A DNA stretch of 64,000 nt from Paludibacteraceae bacterium (GTDB lineage: Bacteria > Bacteroidota > Bacteroidia > Bacteroidales > Paludibacteraceae): positions 2,878 through 66,877 of the forward strand of contig JAFSPA010000010.1 in assembly GCA_017443145.1 (NCBI GenBank), in the 5' to 3' direction. Position numbers and translations under genes: made by a program. Shown here in pieces: positions 47,885 to 56,692 of this stretch; the first letter of the stretch is position 1; each line of letters begins with the position of its first letter. A model generated the notes under the pieces. It had not been told where the DNA came from, made no database searches, and saw nothing but the letters and a program-made list of their open reading frames with translations.

Positions 47885-48912
47885 GAATTCACTAACATTC
47901 CGCAGGCAGCTAATATATCTTCCCCGCGAGATTTGCGTATCGTCGTCGTCACACCGTGCTCCGACAGATAATCGCGAAGCCACTCCATTTGCCGCTCATC
48001 AGACGTGGCAAATTCTTTATCTACTCCCGCGTGGAAACGTATCAGGTTCACCCGGCAATCGAGTCCGTGCAGTAAGCGCAACAGCTCTTTCGCGTGACGT
48101 ATGGTATCATTCGCGCCGTGCCAGCAGATATATTCGAACGATACACGCCGCTGGTGAGACCAGTCGTATTCGCGCAACAGACTCATCACTTCTTTCATCG
48201 GCCAGACTTTCTCCGCCGGCATAATAGCCGCACGCTCAGCCGCAAAAGGATTATGTAGCGATATCGCTAAGTGACACTCGCTCTCGTTGAGGAACCGCCG
48301 CAGGCCGTCTATCACGCCCACTGTCGATACCGTGATACGTTTCGGACTCCATCCGCAGCCGTAATCGCTCGTCATCACCTCCAGCGCACGCAGCACCTCG
48401 TCGATATTGTCCATCGGCTCACCTTCACCCATTAGCACGACATTAGTAATCGCTAAACGCTTATCGCTAAGCGCCAAACAATCAGCCTCGAAGAGCTGAT
48501 TCAGTATCTCTCCTGCACTCAGCTGACCGTGAAAACCCAGTGTGCCCGTCATACAGAAGCGGCAACCCATCTTACAACCCGCCTGCGTTGATACGCACAA
48601 CGTCGCGCGGTCTTCTTCCGGCAAATAGACGGTCTCTATATACTGCTTATTCCCGCCTATCTCTACCTCAAACAAGTACTTCCTTGTTCCGTCCACCGAT
48701 TCGGCCTGAGCAATCGGTTCGTGACGACCTATTTCATAACGCGCACGCAGCGCTTCGCGACCTTTTAGCGAGATATTTGTCATCTCGTCGAACGTCTTCA
48801 CACGGCGTACGTATAGCCACTCCGCCAGTTGCTTGCCCGCAAACTTAGGCAAACCCACAGACGCTGCTACCGACTGTAACTCACTCAAACTTTTTCCTAA
48901 TAGACGCTCCAT
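47872..48912 (-). CDS. rlmN: 23S rRNA/tRNA (adenine-C2)-methyltransferase
   Basis: Radical SAM motif CKMGCRFCMTG, GEGEPMDN, and a length of 346 aa. Confidence 0.9.
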   Translation of the reverse strand: MERLLGKSLSELQSVAASVGLPKFAGKQLAEWLYVRRVKTFDEMTNISLKGREALRARYEIGRHEPIAQAESVDGTRKYLFEVEIGGNKQYIETVYLPEEDRATLCVSTQAGCKMGCRFCMTGTLGFHGQLSAGEILNQLFEADCLALSDKRLAITNVVLMGEGEPMDNIDEVLRALEVMTSDYGCGWSPKRITVSTVGVIDGLRRFLNESECHLAISLHNPFAAERAAIMPAEKVWPMKEVMSLLREYDWSHQRRVSFEYICWHGANDTIRHAKELLRLLHGLDCRVNLIRFHAGVDKEFATSDERQMEWLRDYLSEHGVTTTIRKSRGEDILAACGMLVNSLRV

Positions 48913-48928
48913 ATCACTAAATCCGGTG

Positions 48929-48936
48929 CAAAGGTA
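48929..48936 (-). promoter_or_regulatory. -7 box TACCTTTG for rlmN
   Basis: The plus strand reads CAAAGGTA, 17 nt from the start codon. It is part of a 13-bp inverted repeat with the pspC promoter. Confidence 0.5.
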
Positions 48937-49040
48937 GTACTTTTTTCCTAAAAATCACGTATAAGGGTGCATTTTTGCAACTTCCATGTAGCAAAATCAA
49001 TAAATTTACCCCATTTTGAGTAAAAATATAGTACTCTGTA

Positions 49041-49071
49041 TTGCAAGGTTCTATATAAAACAGTACCTTTG
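49041..49071 (+). promoter_or_regulatory. Promoter for the PspC/PadR module (TTG-N20-TACCTTTG)
   Basis: TACCTTTG at 49064-49071. Confidence 0.55.
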
Positions 49072-49107
49072 CACCGTGAAATAGTAAACAACTAAAAATT
49101 ATATCGT

Positions 49108-49302
49108 ATGGAAAAGAAACAATTGCGCCGTAGTAACAACAAGATGTTGGCTGGCGTCTGTGCCGGAGTGGCAGAGTATTTTGATGTAGATGTAACAATG
49201 GTCCGTGTCGTTTATGCGGCTTTGACTATCTTCTCGGCTGCGTTCCCGGGATTGTTGCTCTATTTAGTAATGATGCTTCTAATGCCGCGGGCGGAGGAGT
49301 AA
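49108..49302 (+). CDS. PspC-domain small membrane protein
   Basis: KMLAGVCAGVAEYFDVDVTMVRVVYAALTIF. Confidence 0.8.
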   Translation: MEKKQLRRSNNKMLAGVCAGVAEYFDVDVTMVRVVYAALTIFSAAFPGLLLYLVMMLLMPRAEE

Positions 49303-49305
49303 TCT

Positions 49306-49638
49306 ATGGTGGACGCAACAAACATCAAGTCTCAGATGCGCAAGGGGATACTGGAGTATTGCATCCTGTCTATCATCAACCAGAAGGAGGTCTATACATC
49401 CGATATCTTAGAGTCCCTCAAAGCCGCCGACTTATTGGTGGTTGAGGGCACCCTATACCCTTTGCTCACAAGACTGAAAAACAACGGTATATTGACCTAC
49501 CGTTGGGAAGAGAGTCCGTCCGGACCGCCACGTAAGTACTTTGGTCTAACGCCCACCGGCAAGGACTTGCTCCAACAACTGCAAGATGAGTGGAAAGCCA
49601 TTTCCGACAGTATCGGACGAGTAACAACGGACGAATAA
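49306..49638 (+). CDS. PadR family transcriptional regulator
   Basis: GILEYCILSII....YTSDILESL......VVEGTLYPLLTRLKNNGIL. Confidence 0.85.
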   Translation: MVDATNIKSQMRKGILEYCILSIINQKEVYTSDILESLKAADLLVVEGTLYPLLTRLKNNGILTYRWEESPSGPPRKYFGLTPTGKDLLQQLQDEWKAISDSIGRVTTDE

Positions 49639-49656
49639 CAACTAATTATCACTACA

Positions 49657-50436
49657 ATGAAAGTAACAAGAACCGTTAATTTAAGTGGGGTAGTGTTCCA
49701 CATCGATAACGATGCCTACCAAGCCCTAAATGATTATCTGAATGATATCGAACTGCGCCTTCCCACGGACGAACGCGCGGAAATAATGGAAGATATAGAA
49801 ACGCGCGTGTGCGAACTGATGCAGGCCGACCTCTTTGCCCGCAACGTACAGGTCGTGGACATGAAAATGGTCGATTCCGTCAAGGAACACTTAGGTGCGC
49901 CTTCCGAGTTTGGTAACAGCAAACGTCCTCGCGTCAAACACTCGCCGCGTTCCGGTAACAGCGGTTGTAGCCGCGTGATAGGTATCTCGTTGCTGGTACT
50001 GCTGCTCTTTAGTACGCTACCTGTTCTCGTACCGCTCTTCGCCGGTCTGTTCGCTATCCTTATCGGTCTGTTCGGTGTCAGTCTCGGTACGCTCACTGTG
50101 TTGCCGTTTGCCGGAGTGCCTTTCCTTGTCGGTATGGCTTGGTGGGAGGTGCTGCTTGCCATAGTGGCTATTCTCGTAGCAATCATCCTGCCTATCGTGG
50201 TTATCGTTCGCTGTATCGTCAGCTTCATGCGAACACGCCATCTGCCTAAAGCTTGCTTCTGGATCATCTCCCTGCTGTGCTGGATTGCCAGCTTGGCTTG
50301 TGTCACAGGCTTTGCGGTCAAACAAGTGCATAACGCCGGAGGCATAGATGTCATCATTCAGCAGATTGACCACGATGAGGATATCTGCGAGCCCGATTCT
50401 ACCACCTACGAACTGCCCGAGGAAGACGAAAATTAA
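49657..50436 (+). CDS. Polytopic membrane protein carrying the N-terminal domain normally fused to long Bacteroidota PspC proteins
   Basis: NLSGVVFHIDNDAYQALNDYLNDIELRL...RAEIMEDIETRVCEL, then about 5 TM helices and an acidic tail. Confidence 0.5.
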   Translation: MKVTRTVNLSGVVFHIDNDAYQALNDYLNDIELRLPTDERAEIMEDIETRVCELMQADLFARNVQVVDMKMVDSVKEHLGAPSEFGNSKRPRVKHSPRSGNSGCSRVIGISLLVLLLFSTLPVLVPLFAGLFAILIGLFGVSLGTLTVLPFAGVPFLVGMAWWEVLLAIVAILVAIILPIVVIVRCIVSFMRTRHLPKACFWIISLLCWIASLACVTGFAVKQVHNAGGIDVIIQQIDHDEDICEPDSTTYELPEEDEN

Positions 50437-50453
50437 ATATTTCTCACTTTTTG

Positions 50454-50485
50454 TTTGCATATATGCAAAAAAAGCTGTACTTTTG
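50454..50485 (+). promoter_or_regulatory. Promoter cassette with palindrome TTTGCATATATGCAAA and -7 TACTTTTG
   Basis: Third copy of the cassette. The -7 box is at 50478-50485, 20 nt before the ATG at 50506. Confidence 0.6.
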
Positions 50486-50505
50486 CACGGCTAAATGTGG
50501 GACAT

Positions 50506-52332
50506 ATGACCGTATCTGAAATTTCTCGAGTACTGGAAGGCATCACAACGCTGGATAATCGTGCCGAAAAGGATATCGATATCCGCTATCTGTTGACCGA
50601 TTCGCGGCAGTTAGGTGCCCATCCTGAGCAGACGTTGTTTTTCGCTATCAAGACGGCGAAGAACGACGGCGCTCGTTATATAGACGAACTCTATGCCAAG
50701 GGCGTCCGGGTCTTTATTCGTGATAACGCCTTGGAGGCGCTGCAGGCGTTAGCCGCCTATGTGCGCTCACAGTTCCGCGGTGTCGTCATCGGTATCACGG
50801 GCTCCAACGGCAAGACCGTCGTCAAGGAGTGGCTCTACCAGCTCCTCAAGGACGACTACGCTATCGTTCGTTCCCCCAAGTCCTTCAATTCGCAGATCGG
50901 TGTGCCTCTCTCCGTCTGGCAGTTGGCTAATCAGCCGGCCTCATTGGCTATCTTCGAGGCGGGAATCAGTCAGCCCGGCGAGATGGAGCGATTGGAACCG
51001 ATCATCCGCCCGAATATAGGCGTCATAACGTATATCGGTCATGAGCACGACGAGAACTTCGAGTCCTTGGAGCAGAAACGCGAGGAGAAGATGAAGCTCT
51101 TCAGTCGTTGTCCCGTCGTCATCGAGGACCCATCGCATCAGAACGTGCGCACTTGTGCTGCCGTGATGAGGGCGCTTGGCTATGACGAGGAAACCATATC
51201 TGACCGTATTCTGCATCAGACTCACGAGACCGTACTCAAGGTCAATCTATCCGCTTTAGTGGATAATGTGCGCTATTTCCGCAGTCTCATCAAGCCCGAG
51301 ACCAAGCTTACTTGTATGGTCAAAGCCTTCGCTTACGGTGCCGGCAGTGTCGAAGTGAGCAAGGCCCTGCAGGAGAGTGGGTTAGTCGATTACCTCGCTG
51401 TCGCTGTCGCCGACGAAGGTGTTGAACTGCGCCAGAAAGGTATCACGCTGCCTATCATCATTATGGACCCCGAAGTGGCGGCAATGGACCTCATACTCGA
51501 GAATAACCTCGAGCCGAACGTCTATTCGCATCAGTCCCTCAAGACCGTAATTGCAGCAGCGGAGGCGAAAGGCCTCGAGAACGTGCCTATCCATGTCAAG
51601 ATTGACTCCGGTATGCACCGTCTCGGCTTCTACAAGGAGGATATACCCTGGCTCATTGAACGTCTCGGTACGACGAAAGCCGTCCGAGTGGCCTCTGTCT
51701 TCTCGCATCTGGCAGGTAGCGACGAACCCCAGTTCGACAACTTCACGCTCGACCAGATACATTATTTCGACGCCTGTGCCAATTCGCTGATTGCCGGAAT
51801 CCCGGAATCTCGGAATAACGGCACCCCGATAATGAAACACATCCTTAACTCCGCCGGTATAGAGCGTTTTGCCGACTACCAGTTCGACATGTGTCGTCTC
51901 GGTATAGGCCTATACGGTTTCTCCTTCGTCGGAGCTAAACTGCGTAATGTCTGCACGCTGGAGACCACTATCCTCAGCGTCAAGACCGTCAAGGCAGGTG
52001 AGACGATTGGGTACGGACGGCATACAACACTTGAGTCGGACCGCGTCATAGCTGTTATTCCTATCGGGTATGCCGATGGATTTGACCGTCGTTTCTCTAA
52101 TTACGGAGGCGAAGTCTGGGTGCGTGGCAAGCGCTGTCCGGTGGTTGGTAATGTTTGTATGGACCAGGCGATGATCGATGTCACCGGTGCCGACGCGCGT
52201 CCCGGAGATATAGCGGAGGTCTTTGGCGAGCATATGCCGTTGGACGAACTCGCTACTAAACTCAACACCATCACCTACGAGATACTCACTTCCGTCTCGC
52301 GCCGCGTGCAACGAATATACACCTATGAGTAA
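50506..52332 (+). CDS. alr: Truncated MurF-like domain fused to alanine racemase
   Basis: N-terminal part with Mur-ligase P-loop GITGSNGKT and EAGISQPGEM. C-terminal part with the PLP lysine motif VKAFAYGAG and a full racemase barrel. The start was moved to MTVSEI. Confidence 0.75.
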   Translation: MTVSEISRVLEGITTLDNRAEKDIDIRYLLTDSRQLGAHPEQTLFFAIKTAKNDGARYIDELYAKGVRVFIRDNALEALQALAAYVRSQFRGVVIGITGSNGKTVVKEWLYQLLKDDYAIVRSPKSFNSQIGVPLSVWQLANQPASLAIFEAGISQPGEMERLEPIIRPNIGVITYIGHEHDENFESLEQKREEKMKLFSRCPVVIEDPSHQNVRTCAAVMRALGYDEETISDRILHQTHETVLKVNLSALVDNVRYFRSLIKPETKLTCMVKAFAYGAGSVEVSKALQESGLVDYLAVAVADEGVELRQKGITLPIIIMDPEVAAMDLILENNLEPNVYSHQSLKTVIAAAEAKGLENVPIHVKIDSGMHRLGFYKEDIPWLIERLGTTKAVRVASVFSHLAGSDEPQFDNFTLDQIHYFDACANSLIAGIPESRNNGTPIMKHILNSAGIERFADYQFDMCRLGIGLYGFSFVGAKLRNVCTLETTILSVKTVKAGETIGYGRHTTLESDRVIAVIPIGYADGFDRRFSNYGGEVWVRGKRCPVVGNVCMDQAMIDVTGADARPGDIAEVFGEHMPLDELATKLNTITYEILTSVSRRVQRIYTYE

Positions 52333-53047
52333 GCCTATCGACATAATTGACCTCACCATCGGGTACGGCACCAAAGTGGTCCGTTCGCACCTCACCCTCT
52401 CGCTCAACCGTGGTGAGATGGTGTGTATGCTGGGGCGTAACGGATGTGGCAAATCGACGCTGCTACGCACGTTGGCAAGCCTACAACCTGCTCTTGGCGG
52501 CACATATCATATAGACGATGTGGCGGTGGTACTCACCGACCGGCTTATCTTGGATAACACCACCGTGCGCGATGTCGTCGCTATGGGTCGATATCCTTAC
52601 ACCTCCTTCCTCGGTAAGCTCACGGCAGAGGATGAGAAGGTTATTGACGCTTCGCTAAACGACGTCTTCGGCGCAGACCTTTCGCGCTCGACTCTTGACT
52701 CTCGACTCTTCAACTCGCTCTCGGACGGCGAGAAACAGCGCGTGTTAATCGCGAAGGCCTTAGCGCAACAAACGCCCGTTATTCTACTCGACGAACCCAC
52801 GGCGCACCTCGACCTGCCGAACCGCATCCTTGTGCTGCAACTACTCCGTCGCTTGGCACATGAGCAGGGCAAGACCATTCTCATCTCAACACACGAACTC
52901 GAACTCGCGCTTCACCTCAGTGACCGCATCCTCCTCCTCTCCGACCAAGGAGCACAACTCGATACCGCCGACAATCTCAAGAAAAGCGATGCCTTCACCA
53001 AGGCCTTCGGTATGAATATATTCGACATCTTCCATACACCATCATGA
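52325..53047 (+). CDS. ABC transporter ATP-binding protein (FecE/BtuD-like), no cognate permease nearby
   Basis: GRNGCGKSTLL, LSDGEKQRV, LLDEPTAHLD. Overlaps the alr stop and the holA start. Confidence 0.8.
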   Translation: MSKPIDIIDLTIGYGTKVVRSHLTLSLNRGEMVCMLGRNGCGKSTLLRTLASLQPALGGTYHIDDVAVVLTDRLILDNTTVRDVVAMGRYPYTSFLGKLTAEDEKVIDASLNDVFGADLSRSTLDSRLFNSLSDGEKQRVLIAKALAQQTPVILLDEPTAHLDLPNRILVLQLLRRLAHEQGKTILISTHELELALHLSDRILLLSDQGAQLDTADNLKKSDAFTKAFGMNIFDIFHTPS

Positions 53048-54072
53048 GCACCTACGAGCAAATAATGAAGTCCCTGCAGGCGGGCAAGTTCGCGCCGCTC
53101 TATCTCCTCTGCGGAGAAGAGTCGTTTTATATCGACCGCGTGTCCGATTATATCGAGAATAACATCCTCGACGAGACGGCAAAAGCCTTTGACTTGACCG
53201 TCGTTTATGGTCGCGACCTGCCCGGACTCGATATAGCGCAAGCTGTAGGCGCAGCGCGCGGATTCGCGATGTTCGGTGGACAGAAAGTGGTGATTGTTAA
53301 GGAGGCACAGGCCGTTAAAAAATGGGACTCACTCGCTCTCTATCTCGACAACCCGCAGCCGTCAACGATTCTCGTCATCTGCTATAAGTACGGCACCCCC
53401 GATAAGCGCACCGTCTGGTGGAAGAAAGCCGATAAAATCGGAGCTGTCATGGTCAGCGAGCGACTCCGAGACTATAAGGTCGAAGAATGGATTCGCACTT
53501 ATCTCAACGACCGTATCAAACAGTCCGGCGAACAGCTCACCTTCGATCCTGTCGTGCCCAAACTGCTGTCAGACGCGCTCGGCTCGGACCTCAATGCCAT
53601 CGTCTGCGCCATCGATAAACTCATGCTTGGACGACAGCCCGGACAGAACAAAATCGATGCCGCACTCATTGAACGTAATATAGGTATATCCAAGGACTAC
53701 AATGTCTTCGAACTGCAGGACGCTCTCATCAAAGGCGACGTGGTCAAGGCGAACCGCATCACCCAGTATTTTGCGTCATCCAAAGACCATCCGATGCAGA
53801 AGGAGTTGGGCATTCTCTATAATTTCTTCGCCAACCTCATGATCTACCATTACCTCGACGATAAGACCGAGCGCGTGGCCGCGCAAGCGTTAGGTGTCAA
53901 TCCCTTCTTCGTCAAGGACTATGCGGCGGCTGCCAGACGGTACTCCGCCGGTAAGACATTCAAGATTATAGGCTATTTCCGCGAGATAGATGCGCGCAGT
54001 AAGGGCATCGATAATCCCTCCGCCAGGGACGACGACCTCTGGAAAGAGCTTATTTACAAGATTTTGCATTGA
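53044..54072 (+). CDS. holA: DNA polymerase III subunit delta
   Basis: 342 aa. N-terminus ...FAPLYLLCGEESFYID and overall delta-subunit layout. Confidence 0.75.
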   Translation: MSTYEQIMKSLQAGKFAPLYLLCGEESFYIDRVSDYIENNILDETAKAFDLTVVYGRDLPGLDIAQAVGAARGFAMFGGQKVVIVKEAQAVKKWDSLALYLDNPQPSTILVICYKYGTPDKRTVWWKKADKIGAVMVSERLRDYKVEEWIRTYLNDRIKQSGEQLTFDPVVPKLLSDALGSDLNAIVCAIDKLMLGRQPGQNKIDAALIERNIGISKDYNVFELQDALIKGDVVKANRITQYFASSKDHPMQKELGILYNFFANLMIYHYLDDKTERVAAQALGVNPFFVKDYAAAARRYSAGKTFKIIGYFREIDARSKGIDNPSARDDDLWKELIYKILH

Positions 54073-55124
54073 GTGCCCGGATAGTAATGGGCCAAGATAT
54101 CGCGGTAGGAGAACCCTTCGACCGCCATCGTCGCTGCGCCTATCTGGCACAGACCTACGCCGTGACCCCAGCCGTGACCGGTTAAAATGAATTGCCCGCT
54201 GACTGCTGACCGCTCCACATCAAACCAGCTCGAGTAAAGGCAACTCTTCGACAGCCAGCGACGAATAGTCAGCTCCTTGCCTATCACTTGACGATGCCGC
54301 GTACCCACCACCTCAAGCTCGTAGATGCGGCCCGACTTGCCGCGTTGGAGAGGAATAAGGTCCTCTATCTCACCGAAGTCTATTCCCGACTTCTCGCGTA
54401 TGATATTACCTAACTCCACACCGCTGTATTGCACTTGCCAGTCATGATAATTGTTCGTCTCGAGGTCGTAGTCGTTCAGACTCTTACGCAGCTCTGTCTT
54501 ATCCTGCAAGTAGTCCGGCGCGCAGTACGGACAATCAACCGACTCCAGATACGGCACATGCTTATCTTCCCAGCACGTCTCAAACTCCTCCGTCTTGCCT
54601 CCGCAGCATTTATGAAAACGGCAGTCGCAAATCTCATCGCCGTAGGCGAGCACTTCACCTCTCGTCGCTTGCACAGCCTCCACAGCGCGCTTATTCATGC
54701 GACCAAGACCCTCGTACCGCTGACAATGGTCATCCGCGCACACATCAAATCCTACGTGACCGTTCTGCTCATATCGCGCTGATGACTGACCGCTGGTGGC
54801 TGACTGCTGGCTATTCGCTTCGATGGCGCGAAGAGCCCATGACCGGGATATCACTGCGTGAGCTTTCAGCAGTTCCATTTTCGCGTTAGCACTCATCTCC
54901 GACGATATAACGCTGCTCAGATAATCCTCTATATCAATGATATTCACCGCCGTCTCGCTGCCGTCCGCGTTATGCAGAATCTCCAATTGACCGGCAAACT
55001 CTTGGTCCTCGCGGCGGTCCCAGTGAAAACCGATACCGATACGTACGTTATGCAGAACAAACGTCTTCTCGCGTTGCTCAAACTCAATCTTCGGTGCCGT
55101 TAATATGCCTACGCGTATCTTCAT
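54054..55124 (-). CDS. SpoIID/LytB domain protein
   Basis: AQAVISRSWAL-type motif (AHAVISRSWALRA), CADDHCQRYEG, GHGWGHGVGLCQIGA. Confidence 0.8.
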   Translation of the reverse strand: MKIRVGILTAPKIEFEQREKTFVLHNVRIGIGFHWDRREDQEFAGQLEILHNADGSETAVNIIDIEDYLSSVISSEMSANAKMELLKAHAVISRSWALRAIEANSQQSATSGQSSARYEQNGHVGFDVCADDHCQRYEGLGRMNKRAVEAVQATRGEVLAYGDEICDCRFHKCCGGKTEEFETCWEDKHVPYLESVDCPYCAPDYLQDKTELRKSLNDYDLETNNYHDWQVQYSGVELGNIIREKSGIDFGEIEDLIPLQRGKSGRIYELEVVGTRHRQVIGKELTIRRWLSKSCLYSSWFDVERSAVSGQFILTGHGWGHGVGLCQIGAATMAVEGFSYRDILAHYYPGTQCKIL

Positions 55125-56017
55125 GTAGTGGGATTAACATCTTTCTGGTGATACGTAATCAGCCCTTCTATCGGCTCTTGTAGCACACCCGCAATGGGGT
55201 AGTTATGTGCCGCCATCACGTTCCGCAGCACGTCGAAGTAGTAATGCGCCACACTGCCCACAAAGCCTACACGCATCTTCGATGTCGTCGTCCAATCGCC
55301 CGTCACACCTAAGTAATCATAGTACTGCGTCAGATTGCGCGTCACAAAACTGTCAAAGTGCTCATACACCATACGATAGATGCGGTCGTCCTCTAAATGC
55401 TCGTGGCAGAATCGCGCCAAATTTGCCAGCCAACGGTTCGGGAAGGGCTGCTTATAGACGTGGTCCAATATATCGGCCTGCGTCAGATTATATTCGGTCA
55501 AAAACGCCGTTTTCAGGTCTTCGCCTAACAGGTTCTTCAGCACATCACCCACTAACCGTTTGCCTAAGGTCGCCGCACTGCCTTCGTCGCCAAGCACATA
55601 CCCCAAAGACGGTACGCTCCATTCGATCTTCTCCCCGTCGTAGAAACACGAACCGCTTCCTGTGCCGAGAATACATGCTATACCTTTCTGACGACCGAAT
55701 AGCGCACGAGCTGCACCTAACATATCGCTGGCTACCACTGCCTCCCCATGCTTGAAAATACCTTGAAGCGCATTTGCCACTAACTCCTTCTTCTCCGGCG
55801 TACAACCTGCCCCGTAGAAATAGATATGCGTCATCTCACCTGCCCATAACTGCGGACCCACTTGCGGCAAAAGCTGATCCGATATCGTGCGGTAGATATC
55901 ATCCTCGCTCTGCAGCATCGGATTGATGCCGTCTGTCTTATACTCCTGATGGTGACCGTTGGCCGTCATCAGACTCCAATGGGTCTTCGTCGACCCGCTA
56001 TCTGCTATCAGTATCAT
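55121..56017 (-). CDS. BadF/BadG/BcrA/BcrD-type ATPase (N-acetylglucosamine kinase-like)
   Basis: ILIADSGSTKTHW, ILGTGSGSC, GYVLGDEGSA. Confidence 0.75.
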   Translation of the reverse strand: MILIADSGSTKTHWSLMTANGHHQEYKTDGINPMLQSEDDIYRTISDQLLPQVGPQLWAGEMTHIYFYGAGCTPEKKELVANALQGIFKHGEAVVASDMLGAARALFGRQKGIACILGTGSGSCFYDGEKIEWSVPSLGYVLGDEGSAATLGKRLVGDVLKNLLGEDLKTAFLTEYNLTQADILDHVYKQPFPNRWLANLARFCHEHLEDDRIYRMVYEHFDSFVTRNLTQYYDYLGVTGDWTTTSKMRVGFVGSVAHYYFDVLRNVMAAHNYPIAGVLQEPIEGLITYHQKDVNPTT

Positions 56018-56036
56018 ACGTTTTCCTTTCCGCCTG

Positions 56037-56068
56037 CAAAGGTACTACAAATATTTGAAATGTACAAG
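56037..56068 (-). promoter_or_regulatory. Promoter for the kinase/SpoIID operon (TTG-N20-TACCTTTG on the minus strand)
   Basis: The plus strand reads CAAAGGTA at 56037-56044. Confidence 0.5.
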
Positions 56069-56167
56069 ATTTTTAGCAAAAAAAATAGTCTAAGCTTGCT
56101 TAAGCGTTTTTTTCTTTGCTAAAAAGATTGTCGTTTGCACAACAGTGCGAACGTACTTTCGGTGGGC

Positions 56168-56443
56168 GGAGCGTCCTTCCGCTTTCGGAAGGAGCGGCAT
56201 CCGCCGAGGATGGTTTTCACTACCTTTTCACCCGGAACGTCCTTCCGCTTTCGGAAGGAGTGGCTTCCGCCGAGGATGGTTATTATATTGCAATCCGCCG
56301 TCCGAAGTTACAACAAATATTTGTCACCCCCGGAACGTCCTTCCGCTTTCGGAAGGAGTGGCTTCCGCCGAGGATGGTTTTCACTACCTTTTCACCCGGA
56401 ACGTCCTTCCGCTTTCGGAAGGAGTGGCTTCCGCCGAGGATGG
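56168..56443 (+). repeat. Four direct copies of a 46-bp hairpin-forming unit (two dyads with identical 20-nt linkers)
   Basis: Copies at 56168-56213, 56234-56279, 56332-56377 and 56398-56443. The last three are identical. The consensus is GGAACGTCCTTCCGCTTTCGGAAGGAGTGGCTTCCGCCGAGGATGG. Confidence 0.95.
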
Positions 56444-56464
56444 TGTCCAACCGCCCCACAACAC

Positions 56465-56512
56465 CTCTTCGTGTCCCTCTCTCTTCGTGTCCCTCTCTCT
56501 CCGTGTCCCTCT
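56465..56512. repeat. 16-bp tandem repeat x3 (CTCTTCGTGTCCCTCT)
   Basis: Units at 56465-80 and 56481-96 are identical. The unit at 56497-512 has one change. Confidence 0.95.
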
Positions 56513-56515
56513 CTC

Positions 56516-56581
56516 TCCGACGGTCCCCCGACGGTCGCCCGACAGTCGCCCGACGGTCGCCCGACGGCAGAATGACAGTCG
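56516..56581. repeat. 11-bp tandem array (CCCGACGGTCG-type, 5-6 units, decaying)
   Basis: TCCGACGGTCC, CCCGACGGTCG, CCCGACAGTCG, CCCGACGGTCG, CCCGACGGCAG, AATGACAGTCG. This is a near-match to the unit at 13974. Confidence 0.95.
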
Positions 56582-56692
56582 ACCGTCCGTGAACAGCCTG
56601 TGAATCGACAACTGAGCCTGCTCTACACGATGTCCACAAAAATTCGACAAAATTGCCGAAAATCAGCTTTTTTCAACAAAGTCGCATTTTTA

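Noticed and set aside
56168-56443. Possible CRISPR array.
   Set aside because: Two of the three spacers are the identical 20-nt sequence, there are only four units, the unit is 46 bp with competing internal hairpins, and no cas genes are in the window.
56116-56650. Five overlapping ORFs of 88-158 aa (all three plus frames and two minus frames).
   Set aside because: They exist only because the 46-, 16- and 11-bp repeats contain no stop triplets. The translations are repetitive low-complexity strings (ERPSAFGRSGFRRGW...), every frame is open at once, and no promoter or start context is present. The region is treated as non-coding repeat DNA.
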